Assembly: GCA_002633005.1 (NCBI GenBank)
Contig: NMRA01000018.1
Coordinates: 242,291-306,290, forward strand
Reading direction: 5' to 3'
DNA length: 64,000 bases
From: Phoronis australis
Taxonomy: Eukaryota; Animalia; Phoronida
Shown here: one piece after another, positions 26,308 through 41,300 of the stretch
Numbering within the stretch: position 1 is the first letter of the stretch
Layout: each line of letters starts with the position of its first letter
Notes under the pieces: model-generated
Told to the model about the DNA's origin: nothing
The model's database searches: none
Seen by the model: the letters and a program-made list of their open reading frames with translations, nothing else
Translations under genes and position numbers: made by a program

Positions 26308-29300
26308 CTGCAAAAACAAAGTTAACATGTTAAAACAACAGTTTCCACTGAAACAGAAACAATGATAGCCAAGATGACAAGGTTATTTACTACTAACCAT
26401 GCCAGTTTGTTTAACAGACCCACAGACAGGGGTCTTACACCAAACAATGGCTTGTTCAAGAGAGGGTAGTAACAGACATGCACCAGTGCTCTCAATGAGA
26501 GGCAAGCATACTGCCATTGCCGACAGCTGAGTGTAATTTTTCCTGAACAACTGGATAAATTCTGGCAAATTTCATGAAGATCCTATATCAAACTTGATAG
26601 ATACTGAGGTAAATTTGTCAAATTTTAAAACAACGAATAATAATGTTACAGATAAAAAGTCGAATTAAAAAAACGATACAAAATATCAAAATAATCACTA
26701 AGGGGTGCCTGATACCAAGGAGCTGTTTCAAAATTGTTGCGTGACACCTGTCCTACAAACACATCTGTAAAGATCCATTGAGGGAGTTGGCAAATGTAAA
26801 ATTAACAACACATTAAAAGCTAAAATAGCCACAAGGTGGTGCTGCAACAGCGGCGGCGGCGGCAGCAGGAGCAGCAGCAGTATCCCAATGTGTTGCTCTC
26901 ACATGTCGTCATCTTTAAAGGAACACACCTGCCAAATATCACATAGATCCTGCAAGGGGCTTAGAGGATAAAACAGCAGACGCCGGATATATGCGAGACC
27001 GACGAAACCAAGACAGACAGACAACGGACAAAGATGACGGTTATGTGGACAAAAATAAAACTACTGCGGGTGGATTGTGGTACTTTCAAAGTCAGTTATC
27101 CTCTCTTTAATAGGAATGTAGCCCTCAAATTTCATGGAAACCATGCAAACCGTTTGACAGATGGAGTGGCAGATACAAAAACCAGACACATAATCAAATA
27201 AATTGTCACAAGACAACACAGAGCATAACCACCAATCCTGAATTGGTCAGGTGACATCCTCTTCTGGATACAAATGTACGAGATGAGTTTGTTAAGATCC
27301 ATATGGGGGGGACTTTAGTGTCATAAAAGCAAACACTTAAATTGCCACCAGCTGGCAAAGTTGGGTTCAAACTCCTCACCCTGTCAAATTTAATAGAGAC
27401 CCCTGGATAGAGATAATAGCAGTACACACCCACAGTTATGTATATATGGGTGCACTAAAATTATGCTAATTTTTACAACTTCATCCTAAAAATGATGAAT
27501 GTGAACCAAATGTACACACAAGGATATGGTATCTTTTCCCTTCAATAATTTATTTCAGTAACTAGGTGACTTACTAAATACTGACCCCATTCTTGGCATG
27601 CAGATGGTAAGACAAGACCATATACAAGTTTTAATAAGGAACCATTTTTAGCCATTACAATAGAATACACAGAGTATCTTTCATAGATGTTATTTTTAGA
27701 TATTCTTTCCTTTGCGAATACCCTAGTAAAGAACATAGAAATCAATGAATCTCATCACTTGAAACCTGTCACTTGAAAGAAGAACAATTCATAAATCAAA
27801 GCCCTGAATATAATTATTTTGTGTTTTCCAATCAATTGGTACAGAACAAGAAATTAAAAAATTGTACAGAAAATTCTACACAAAATCCTGTATATTTAGA
27901 AAAAAATCATTGATAGTGAATTAGAAACAAGAATCTGGTTTCCTTTCAGATTTCATTTTTGACCTAGATGAACATGTGGAAAGTACATCTTTTAATCCCT
28001 CTCCACACAATAGACACGCTATATGATACTGTAAAATCCCAGGGTCAATGCTAATAAAATAAGCATCTCATTACCTCCCTTACTAATTCCTAACACTAAG
28101 AAGCTCAATCCAACTCTAAAGGTCCAGCTATTCACTCCTTTCTTGTGGAAAGGTCGCTCAGTGCGTATGATGTCATAAGCAGTCTATTGGCAATGTGCCA
28201 TCAGGGGAATCTCGCAGTGCTTACATTGTTTTGATATCTGCATTACCGTCAGTAGTTATTACGAAATTTCTCAAAATTTATTCCCAGCACACAGAAACAG
28301 AAAGGTTGATTAAAAACACCAAAAGCTTATCATTTATCCAGATTTTTGCTCAAGTTTGAGTTGCATGTTAAGTTACCACAAAACTACAACAGTTCCAGGC
28401 TGACCAAGTCATGATTCGCCACACACTGCTACTGCTCAATTGTCTCAAATCCAAAAAAAATCTGTGTACACCTCCCACAGACTGGTAGCGCATAAACCTC
28501 CAAAGTATTATCTACCCTGGATCAAATTTTAAAAATTGGCCTTGACAGTGGCGATTTGCTGATAAAATTTCCAAAACTAACTGCAAAACTTGCAATTCAA
28601 GGTAGCTATTTTTCTATCATGGCAGACAAGTTTTGCTTCAACTTTATTTTCAAATGTATTCAGCACTGTCATCATCAAAGGTAATCATCTCCTGACAAAT
28701 GCCAGAAACACAGGCTGTGTCATTTAAGTTATGTGCAGACATAACTAGTTTTCAGCAGTAACACAACTGAAAGATTTTTTGTGTATTGGTACAAATATTT
28801 TTAAAGCATTATTCGCTGATTTTAATGAAAGACTTTCGCGCACTTGATTTTCGGAATTGCTTGAGAGCGTCAGTAAAAGAAACCTAGATGTACGCTAAGG
28901 TTGCCTGCCATGATATCACAAACTAGCTTCACTGATTTTAAGAGTTTGATGTTTCTTCTGAAATTTTTGTTGCCAAGTTACCACTCAAAGGCAATTTGAT
29001 GTGATCAAGTGATATTCAATGATTTGTTTGGGAGGAACAGACAAAATTCAAGGGCCTGTAGATGCTATCATATACATTACTACAAATACAAAGACAAGGT
29101 TGTGCAACAAATTTCCTGTCAAATCCAACTCTCGTTTTTTAACAGAATGTAAAGCCACTAGAAATATTTTTCTCAAACATAAAACCACGTAAACACATAC
29201 AATGAAGATTATTTTTTTTGCCTCTATTGTAGCCGTTCACAACTGACTTCACAGCACATCATAACAAGCAGTCGCGTTTGTAGTCATCACTATTGCAGAA

Positions 29301-32300
29301 ATTCGTTACGTATCGAGAAAGCACAGGTTACATGTGACTTTGTTCACGTTTGAAAGCCTATCAACCTCTTCTTTAGTTAAGCTCAAGACAGGTTGATTGT
29401 ACCTAAAGTTTCAAGTTGACGCATACGTTATCTTGAGCTCAAGGGTACTTTCAGTTCAAGCTCAACAATCAGAAAGTGGACCAGAGAATTATGGATTATT
29501 TTAAAAAGCAAGATTTGAGACATAAAAGGAACAGGAGATGCAATCGAGATGATTACCAGGCCAACACTGAGAATCTAGTGCCTCAAATTTTTTGACAGGA
29601 TCGTCTGAAAGTTCCATGTATCAAAAAATAAGGTTTGCATGGGAAATTCGTTGCACAAGCTTTGTCTTAACCTTTATAGTTATATGATAACATTACACAG
29701 AAAGTGACGAATATTGTACTGAATGAATGTGGCTACACGCGTGGTGGGTGATGCCTCAAGTTTAAGTTACTGTGAATAACAACAGTATAAGCCAATTCAG
29801 ACACGGTAAGTCATTTACGTCCCAAAACACACACAATGCCCAACACTTGTACCATAAGTACGATTCTCCTGGCTCACCTCAATGCATTATTGACTACAGA
29901 AACATACATAAAGTTACTAATTGCTAAGGCTTGGAGAATAATGCTTAATAATAATGCTTAATAATAATGCTTAATAATAATGCTTAATAATAATGCTTAA
30001 TAAAAAAAGCAAAGATGGTGCTGGTCTTTACCCCAACTCATTTTGAAACCTGAGATCACCAACTAAAAAAAAACACGCCGCCCGCATCAATTTCAGTCAA
30101 CTTCTGCGCTTATATAGAGAAGTTGCACAAAGGCAAGGGTAACTAGTCAAACGATTAGTAAAAAACAAATCTGCATCATATTTACTCATCTCAGATAAAA
30201 TCTCTTTTTTGAAAAAGTAAGCAACCAAAAATATCGTACCACTGACTCAATTTTCAAAAAAAGACCAGAACCAACTATGTTTTTTCACCTAACTAATGAT
30301 TTTTGTTTTTACAGAAAATAACACAGAAAATCTTTCAAGAATTGTGATAAAACTCTGAATAGTCATTACAAGTGTTTACATCTAGACAACTCCCTTAGGT
30401 ATCACATGACTAGGTAGAAACAAGTGATCTGATCACATGATCTATCAACACCACTATGACAACAACATTAGCTGAAAGAGTTCCAAACTTTTTAAGTGGC
30501 ATTAAACCCGTTTCCTGTAAAATTATTTAGATTTAAACCACTTGCCACTCCAAAATTGGTAAAAAATTTTTAGTTAGTGAAAACAGGTGTGGTTTCATGG
30601 CTTCAGAAGAACAGACAGTTCATTACTTCTTGATACCACACTCATAAAACTACAGGTCATGACACGGCCTGACATCTTTGGGACAAAAAATCTGAGTTAA
30701 AGTTGAATTCAATTTTCAAAGTGAATATAGGAACATATCATTATCATATTCTTCCTTTGTTTTTCTTTTGTAAACAACATCCTACCTTCACATAGGCATG
30801 TGTTGGCAGCATTTTCTGCACTAGCTCATCGACTGTTCCCGGGCAACGGAGCATGTTGAGATGTAACCGTGGTAATGGAATATTACCAGGCACAAGTGGA
30901 TACATGTTGTACTGTAGCTCATACTTGCTGTTAGGCAGAACACGGAAGTGTAGCTGAAAGGAAATCAATACTTTAACTTAAATTTTAACCAGACATTCAC
31001 CCTAAATTATAAATCTAAATAAATTAATTGGTTGCAAGGAAATTGACAAAAAGGTATCAAACTATAAAAATCAACTGCCCAAACAAAATTTTCAATAAGG
31101 GTTCAGATAGATGAATTAGGAACATTTATACTGTTCAGCTTTCAAACGTAATGATATACTTTGATATGTGTGCTGAAATTTAAGACTTTACAAATAAAAT
31201 TTTAACAACAAACTGCTTTTTTCAAAAGCCTCATACTAGCACAGTGGCTGCTGCAAAACGGTAATGAGATAGCTAATATTCAGACCATGGAATTACGGGA
31301 GCACCTGACACACAAACTCACAGCGTTAACTATTTACATTGCCTACAACAACATATCTCGCTGCTAGGACCTCACTACTGACTAGCCCAGTAACAGAACA
31401 GACTTGCTTTACAAGCAAAACAAATACAAAAATAAATCAATAGGGAATTTTTTACAACCACAAGTATGTGCTGGAATACGAGTTGTGTCACCAATAGACA
31501 GAATTTATAATGTACCAATAACTGACCTAAATTACAACGATCAAACGACTGCCCTGAATCGCTCCAAGTTCCCCCCGTTAGTAGACTAAAATGCACTTTG
31601 CTTAAACTCCCCAACAACAAATAATACTGAAAGATTTATACCTGTCTGTAACCAGCATACATAAATGCTTCGTTGGTATCCATGGTGACCTCCACTTCCT
31701 GTAGAAAGCCAGTTCTGTTGTAGATGTGGTAGGTGACGGGGAACGAGCTTCGCACGGCGGCGTAGGCGGGCATGTCAACATCCACGTAGATGGGTATGTG
31801 TTCTACAGTGATGGTGGGTAACGTGATCGTCGTGCAGACATAGGGCAGGTCTTTATCATCTTTCCTGGAAGATTAATAACCTACAGTCACGCATATTCTG
31901 ATAAATTCAGAGGAACTTGGTAAACTCTGAGAAAGCATGAGCTGTCTTATTAATGCCTGGCAACATATGGTCAATTTTGATTGATAATTTATCATAAAAG
32001 AGTTTTTATAAAAATTCATATCAACCATTTCTAAGAATTCATATGAATGGCACAATATGATGTACATGGATGATAAAAATTCATATTAACAGCTGATATA
32101 ATTTTTCATGCAACGTTTATCATCAATCGTGATACTTTATGATGATTTCTTATCGGCAATGGATTATAAATGATTTTTTAAATGTTTATTTTGAAAAATA
32201 AAAAGTACAATAATTCGAGTCAAGACCAAAAAGCACTAGAAATCATTAACATCACATAAATAATCATGTTGTCCATGAATGACACTTTGAATGATGATCT

Positions 32301-35300
32301 TTTATCATCAGCCTAATATGAATTAAGAAATCACAGGGAGTGTTACCTTCTCCACATAATATTATAGGTTCCCATGGGAACCACCGACTGGATGGCTTGC
32401 TGGGCCTCTAGGCAGATACACTCCGAAGCTTGCTCAGTCTTTCCAAGGACAACTACAAAAACATGCAGAAAAACGGATTAAGACACAGTGATAAATCAAA
32501 ACAGTGAGACTCAAACTTCAAACTTTTGATGAACAGTTGCTAAACACATTTTTGGATAAATTTCCCACACATCAATGCAACACTGTCTCAACGCTGCTCA
32601 TCAAATACTGAGGTAATTCCTCACATATTTAGCACACAATATGGCTGACAAGTGAAATTCTGTGTTAAACTTGTTAAATTTCTTCAGAAAAGTAAAGACC
32701 AAGAACATCTTAGTCAGTTACAAGCACGGTTTGCACAGTGTAGAAGTCACAAAACAACATTTGCTAAAGTTTCCATTACATGCAAAAACATTATCAGTCA
32801 ATAAAAATATGAAAAATGACCATTTTGGCAATTTTTGTATGAAATAAGTGAAGAATCACCCAAGTACCAAGAAAATAATTAAAAGGTTCATAAATTTCAA
32901 AGCCTATTGACAGTTTGAGAGTCCACATCTCCCAGTAAAATTACCATGGGTCCAACTGACACTTGACATAAGTTGGATATTATTAACCAGGGAGTGTTTA
33001 TTAACATGTCATCGGTATCTGGAAGTTTTGGTGATGTTCAGTATGAGGAAGAAGGAAGTCAAGTCGGAAACCTAAAATTCAGCGAGGTAGACTTCAATAA
33101 CGCTAGGACCTCGCCAGAAAAGAAAGACTTCGTAAGAGCATGCGGTATTTTAGACGAGAGCACGTGATTTTGGCTAGATTTTTCTCGCTGCGAGACAGCT
33201 ACTGAACTCTACCCAGCTATCACCACTTCCAGAAAGCAAAATTAATCCCAAATTATTGCACGAAGCCATGCTCGAATTTGATTAGTACTCGCTTATCTCT
33301 AGCAAGTAATAACAACACATGACAATGTTTTATGCGAAGCTGGAAGCCTTCACTTACCATCGGTTATTTGAGACTCAAACACGTCATCCGCATTATTCAC
33401 GTATGCAGACTGCAAAAACAAAAAGACAAAATTAAGCTTTAACAGTAAAAATAGCTGATAAATCAAACGCCAGTTTATTGAAAAAACTCACCAACAGGAG
33501 TTAACTACAAGTTTTCTCAATTGTTGCCAATGAAAACTACAGAAACACAAGCTCAGAGAGGGATTGTACTCTATGACTCTTCACAAGTGTTCCGTAAGCA
33601 TTAACGATTTATCCACAGAGTTCCAAACCATATTTTTTTCTCTAAAACTCACACACATATGAACCAAATACAATGCACAATTTCACACAGTTACTATAAA
33701 ATTTTTGATGTCTTGAACTAAAAATATGACCAACGTATAAAATTAAAAGAGTTAAAACACTTTAACTACAGTCGTGAAAAAATTGAACTGTTCAGCTTTG
33801 CAGATTGACGTACAACATGCCACGTGATCAAAAGGAGGCATCATGAAATGACTTGCAATGAATGCATTCATCCTGTGAAAAAACGCAAACTGTAATTAAA
33901 AAAACAAAACAAAAAAGATGACTGTCTTTATCCACACTACAAGAAGAAGTCATTACCAATGATAGATTAGAAGACTTGATGTCAATGGGCCATGGTGACA
34001 CGGACTCCAGATCCATATGAAGTAAGAACGGTTCTTTGACATGCACTGTGTCTATCTTCTCGTACTGAAATAGGCAATGTCTGGTTTCACTGAGCCGAAA
34101 TTAATCGTAACAGATTCCCAGTTATGTCCACAAAATGAAACGATCGTAAAAACAAAAAAATTCTTTGTCGCCCATTGTCATACTGTAATTATTGGGTGAA
34201 ATTGAAAAATTAAAAGCTACATTTCCCAGGAAATATTTCTGGAGTGCAATGAATGCATTGTAAGCCTTTCCTCATTTTCACAATTAAAGGTGCACTTCAC
34301 CTTGTTTAAGTGGCCAACTAACGCAAATCACATCAGTCATTTTACTCTCACAGAATCGTCTCACAACATTCCTTACAGTGAGAGGATTCTGGGAATAAAA
34401 AAGTAGCCTATCATGGTAAGAAAAATTATCACATCGACTTTACGAAATTAAGGAGCCTAAGTTGATTTTTATTCTGTGCCAGCTAACCAGGGCGAAACGC
34501 AGCTTTAAGTACTGTTTCATCATCATTTCCATGCAATTGCAAACACAATATATTTTTCATAAAGGCTGCACTGACTTGATTAAAAATGATGAAGCTCTCT
34601 TGGCCAACCAAAACACTTGAATGATTCTCACAAATTAATGAGCACGCAATGATACAGGTATGTCATGTGAACGCTTAATTGGTCCTACCTTGAGTGAGGT
34701 CAATCGTGTGCCCACAGACAGAGGATGCACTGTAGAGAGAGAGAACTCCTCTTCCCTGTGGCAAACACATGTGATCTCTGATTGGTGGACGTGCACTTTG
34801 ATGGCATACGACAGGCGAGCATACACAATACGATCACCGGTGTGAAGGGTCTTAATGTAGGCCATCTTTGTCAACTGGAAAAGAGGTTATCACAAGAATT
34901 TTTATGCAATGAATGGGCAGCCAGAAATCTCCCTTTATGAAGTACAGGGGTACGTAGCAGGAGATTTGCATGAAAGCAAACTTACCCCCTAGTCACATAG
35001 AGGGCACCAGGAGTCATACGTTGTATGGTGACAGTGGCCAATTGTTGAATAATGCGTCATATTGCAAACTGCACTAACTAATTTATAATGTGTCAATTTG
35101 TTTCAAAACACTTGGTCAATTGAAGAAAAAGACTCGCCTCATTTAGTTCCATCTACCTTTTACATTTAGCACTTACCTTGACATACAATTAAATGCATTT
35201 AAATACCTTTTAAAAACAAATAATCTGATGACTCAAGCAAGTTTATTGTGCTGTCATTATTGACAACCAGCTTATTCTTGGAAGGCCTTACCTTTTGACC

Positions 35301-38300
35301 AGGCTGTAAGCTTTCTAACTTCACATTAGATTTGCTCATCTTGGCTTTGCCATCAAACTCAGCTTTTTCAATACTAACGTGGGCTGGAACCAACAACAAA
35401 ACATCTAAAGAGTGTGATTTCGATACATTTTGTCTTTACTAAATTCAAACATTATTGGTGACTTAACTTTACTTCAACATTACACTCAGCCAAATGCCTT
35501 CCTTGATGAAAACTAGTGGCAAACAATATACAAGGAATAAGAGTTTTGAATAGACTACAAATCATGAAACGTTAAAAAAATACATAGATAGCAGTGTCAT
35601 ACATATTGAAACAAATGGTAAAAGTTACATAAGTCCACTGTCTCAGAAAGCAAATTTTGGTTGACCATTGTTCAGTGGGATATTGTTCACAAAGTCATGA
35701 TAACTAGAGGCTCCTGTCACCACCTAGCGCCACCTGGCTGCATGTTGCATTGAGAGAGAGTTACCGGTTGTGTATCGCTTCACCCATATCTAACCACCAT
35801 GATTCTTGTGCACCATTTTGTCTATGAGATGTAACTGAAGTACAAGGGTGACAATTCACCTGTGACAAAGTGGCAGTAGCGGGCAAGCCGTCTATGGAGA
35901 CAGCAAAAAATATAATGCTGCCATCTGAACACAATTTTCAACATTTTCTTGCGTCATCCTACTTTATTAAATTTTCAATGCTCTCTTTAAAGCAGCATTA
36001 AGCCAGTGCCTTCTTTCAAAAACAGTTTATTATAAATTATACAGTCAAGTCAATGTAAAGACCAAATCTCATGGAACAGTCTCCCAGAAGACCTTAGGGA
36101 GTGTGCCAAACCAAATGTCTTTAAGTCACAGCTAAGGGACTGGAACCCACATCCCCTGCTGTTTGGTTTTCTTGTATTTATTAGTTACTTAATAACTTTC
36201 CCAATTGTAATTCTACAGTTAGTGAAACAAGCCTGTGGCTCATGTTTATAATATTTTGTAAATTTTGTATATTTAGGAAATAACAAACAGTCAGTACTTC
36301 CCGTGCCCAAAGATCACTTTAAAACTTAGTAAGGAACAAGATAAGACAGTGCGGCTCAGTGATTTGAGCTCCAGACTCCCGTTTGGAGGACCCGGGTTTG
36401 AATCCTGGCTTTAGTGGCAGACAATCGAGCATTGCACAGAAATGTCCCTTGCTCCACTGAGCTCAGTCTTACTAGTGAGTGAATGAATGTATGCAAGGGA
36501 ATGAATGAGAACCACTTCGGAATACTCGACTTCGAGTATGAAATGTAAAGACTGAAGAGAAAGAATGAAAGAATTTTAAAATCTTGATAAGCGAACTAAA
36601 TCAAAACTTACGTTTTTAACAGAAGGCATGCATTTAATGCCCCTTTTTACAATTATAGTACTTAAAAATAGCTTGGTAACTCTCCCCTCCAACTTTGAAT
36701 TGTTGGCATTCCATTGATTGTATAGAAATAATTAGGCTATTCATGCCTCACTGCAGTAGTTTTGTCATGACTGCCGCTACTCACTACTCTGCGTCAGGAA
36801 TGTATCCTGCCCCTCCTTCAGCCCCACCCACAGGACCACTTCTGTAATGACACAGTCCTCAAGGTTCTCTATGCACACCTCCAGAGGGTAGAACTCATTC
36901 ACCAGGCTGGGCGGCTGGTGGCTCACAGTCATGCCGACGAGAGACACTCTATAGTCCAGCCTAAACGAAAAAGACAAGACAATGAGAATTAAATATGCAG
37001 GCATAGGATTGAGACAGTAAGATGATAAGTCATGGCAGGGTTTTTCAGTGATGTCGTTTACATTAATGTGGTCTTGACAGTGATGTAGGGTATAAATATC
37101 ATTCCTGAATACTCTTGAAAGATCTATTTACAACCTTCCCCCATATCCTCTTGATGGCACTTCAGTCTCTCAGCCTCTCAGTTTTCCAAACATGATCTGA
37201 CCTTCAGGTTTCCTTAGAGGAGCCAGCATTATTACACGATGTATTCATGTGATAACTCTGATAAACCATAAACCTTCAGTTCACGTTCTTTTCTCACACT
37301 CGCTGATAGTTTTTGATGTTTTATGAATCAAAATTATCTTCAGCTTTTCCTTGAGTAGATGAAATACTGAACTTGACATAGAACACGTCATGGCCACTTT
37401 AAGGAAACTTGGATTCAACACGAAACATCTAGTGAGAACTTTTTGACGACAAAACGAGACTCGGCGTACTCACTTAGCATGCTGCAAGACTGTTATTTCC
37501 TCCCATAGAGGAGGCGTATCTTGGGCATCGGTCAACCTGCGCCTCCTCTGTCCTGCTGCTACAGGAGAGGGGTGCACCAGGGTATTGTCACTGCCCCTGC
37601 TGGACCACCTCAGGACGGCAGAGCGTGGAGTCGTACCAAGCTCCAGGCAAATGTGTGACACCTGCGGAGATAGACATGAATCATATCATGGGACAGATGG
37701 AATTGGCGATGGTAATACCCTACAGGTTGAAATCACAGCATAAATAACACCTACAAGACTACCAGCAAGAATAGTTCGTTTTGTTTGACTTTCAGTGTAA
37801 AAATGGAATTATATATAATACAGACTGTGATAGCAACATCACATCACAAATATCTTGATAAGAATGAAGAAAATAAATCCCACACATGGCTGCAGTCCTT
37901 TGGTGTATCTGAGGATTATTTACACCTTCTAACACTTCTTAACGCGGTTAACCTCATCATTGCTAAGACATACTTTCCATGAAGGATCTCCACATTCACA
38001 CCACATTCACACACTCAAGTGAAGATGGAACACAAGGAGGTTACTGTCAATTAGTGTGACTCGCAAAAACAGTGTTTTTCCAGACTGCATTGTACTGTAA
38101 TGAAATTCTAGCTACAGTCAAAACTTTAGCAGTTAACAGCTACAAAGATATCAGGATTTTTCTGAATGAATGCTCGTGTGTTCCAGAATCCATTGAATGC
38201 AGAATACTAAAGTATAAAAACACTCATAAGTGATTATTTACGATATTGAAATCAATTTCGCTGTATCAGACCAATTATCTCAACTAAAGTAAGTCTCAAC

Positions 38301-41300
38301 AGGAGATTACTGGTCTCCTGAAGAACAAATAAAAAGTCACTGTTCAGGAAGTAACTCACCAATTTGGCCAAGTTCAACACAATGAAGCAGAGAAAGATAC
38401 ATAGCTGAATAATTACTCAACTTGGAACTGTGCCCAAAAACAGAGTTGCTACTTCAAGGTTCATTACCTGTATATGACCCTCAATATCTTCTCTGAGAGG
38501 AAGGAACGTGAAAGAGTATGTCTTTAGCTGTCCTGGGATGAGATAGAGGTCACCAGCTGTACTATCACAGGTGCCACTAGAAATGTCCTGCCCATCTTGA
38601 ATCACACAGTTGGCATCGTACGACTAGAAAGCAAGACACAAGTTGTGATGTTGCGCTACACAACAATTCAGTAAACCGTGTTATAAGGAACCTCCATGGA
38701 TTATTTTGTCTACATCAGTTTCCTTGGGAATTGAGGGATGGAAAATCAAAAGCTTATATGAACATTATAAACCAGGCACATTGTAACACAGTTCGACTGC
38801 AATTATGGAAACAAGTGATTAGAAGTGAAGTGGCTAATCCGTGGCTGAACTCGGAAATAAACACAATCAATGATAAATGATAAATTATCAAACATCGCAA
38901 TGCTGCAATTGGCGACCAATTCTGTTGAAGTAGAAGAACATTCAGATATCCAGTTGATAAAACTATTCCATGAAACTCTAAAAGCTGCTATATTTCATAT
39001 TCTGCTAAAACAAAAATCAATTTTCTTCACTACGGTATTTTGCTCTTCCAAAGAACCCCATCATATTCTTATCCTTTATTTGAATTGATACTGGTCACAT
39101 GAAATTGCTTAGATATCTCCAGACGGTCACTCTGTCTTGGCATTGAAATCAACCCAACTTTATGTGCAATTTGACACAAATTACATCATACGTTTCCATG
39201 ACGAATGCTCACACCGTGACATCAAAAAGTGGAAAAATAAGATATTTTAATTACCAACCTACCCATCTCATAGCAGTTACAGTAAGAGAGGAAACAAATA
39301 TTATGTTAAGCACATCCCTACCTGATTAGTGAAGTGCACTGACAGCTTGGAGAATCGTATTGGAAAGGGACAACTTGACCTGAAAAAAGATCACATTCAC
39401 AGCCCAAAGATGCACTTCAACAGTAAACAACGCTACAAAGACTTCATAATGTGTCAATTTTTCATCCAATCCTGGCTCTCACATGAAAGCTCCAAAATGC
39501 CCACTGGCACATTAGGCATGAAAGAGGAAGTTTACTATATGTTCACTTCGTAATTAATACAACAACAACAATAAATTTCTACGACGACAACAACATGACT
39601 TAAATATGGTGTAACATACCTCAGGAACAGCTGCAGTGCAATCTGTGAATCTGCTGTGAACGAGTTGGCTGTGAATCTGGCCTTGCACTCCACTGAAAAA
39701 ATCACCATACAAATAAATAACAAGTGGGCTCCGAAGTATAATCGTATCGAGTTGTGCACTATCCCGAGTCATCTTTTACACTGCCTTCAGTAGGGGAGTT
39801 TATATGAATTTATATACAGACGTCTGACCTGAAGGCAGATCAGAAGTTTAAAATGGGTGTTCATAAAAGTGTCCTATCTGCCATCTTCAGAATAATTAGC
39901 ACATTAACGTTAAATGTTCAAAATATAAACGTTCACTCCACTCACATGCCAACTCCATGAGCAAATAGAGCCTAACTACAAATCACATCCGTGGAATGCA
40001 GACTTACCATCTGATATGGGGTTGGATGGTACGATAGCGAATTAGCTTTCTGATGAGTGTTCACAATTGTCATGACCTAATTTTTTCAGATGGCCACACC
40101 TGATCAGACCGTTGATCAAACTGCGTGCGAACAGTGTATTAATGGAAGTGGCAGCATATGTGTGCACCCTCATATGTACTTGTTAGAGAACACTTGCTAG
40201 CACTTCCATCACCTGAGGAGAAAGATGCCCCTGCCTTCTGATAGGGAAGAAACTTTTTGGTTGAGGGCAAAACACCCCTAACAGTCACCACCAATTAAAC
40301 CCCCCCAAGTACAGAAGTGATTCTAACCTTGAGACTTTGAGCGGAAACTTTTAATCATTGATTATGGGAACGGAGGCTTCGGGCCTGATGAGCGTAATTT
40401 CGTGCGATTCTTAAATAAGGGAATTGGGCCGAAATTTGATCCCAAAACCGAGGCATTGAAGGCCTCGATAATTATCTAAAACAGTTGGCCAAGGTACCAT
40501 CGTTACGTTTTGCTGTGACTCCAAAAGATTCTAAACCATTCAGTCGACCCCCTTTCTCAATAGAGGACAAACACTTACCAAATGGTACTATCTGCTGTAA
40601 GTCCACTGTGAACACACAGGGTTCAGCTGACTCAGTTTTCCACAGAGGTTTAGCTTTCTCAATACAGTCACTGTCACAGCCAATCTCTGGTTCAGGAGGA
40701 TTGTTCTAAAAATACAACAAACATGAAGCGCTACTTTTAGTTAAACATATTGCAAATTTATTATATCACTGTTATTTATACGCCAGATGTTTAGTGATGA
40801 CGTGTGCTTGGGACTATTATGATGTGACTTGGACCCGCAAATAGGAACAGAAATACACAGTCACTTTAAATTGTCAAACATTTTTCTTGTCTTTAATGTT
40901 TTTCCCACTAAGTAACTAACTAGGTAACAACGGTTGCATCCATTATATGCTCCAGGGGAATTAGAGGATTAAGACTGACCAGGTTCACAGCCGGTGACAG
41001 ATTTTCAAAGTGCTTCGCAGTTAAAAGCACTAAAAGTAAAATGTGGCCTAATTATTACTTAACTATTTTTTACTTTTGGAACTTAATTTTATTTGACTGG
41101 GTCCAAGACATCAAAATTACGTCATACTATACAAGCCCATAATTATGTGGGTCAGTTATATCAATGTGCATAATTTGAAATGATATTAATTCATGAAAAT
41201 ACAATCCTTAAGGCCCAAACCAATAAACTTAATTTGAGACTTGACTAAAAATTGACCATTACGTTACTCTATTCAAATAAAAATCTTAATAAGGCGTAAT

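Noticed and set aside
30744-30785. TRAPPC11 ending by read-through ([13 protein letters not shown])
   Set aside because: A good donor AAG|gtagga follows YVK and a PxG-starting terminal exon exists at 26284-26307; read-through is less likely but not excluded.
36345-36410. tRNA gene (also 58675-58745)
   Set aside because: Only degenerate A/B boxes are present, with no consistent acceptor or anticodon stems; treated as SINE heads.
37340-37400. Possible C/D-box snoRNA in a TRAPPC11 intron (- strand)
   Set aside because: The C box is imperfect, there is no convincing terminal stem and no identifiable guide.
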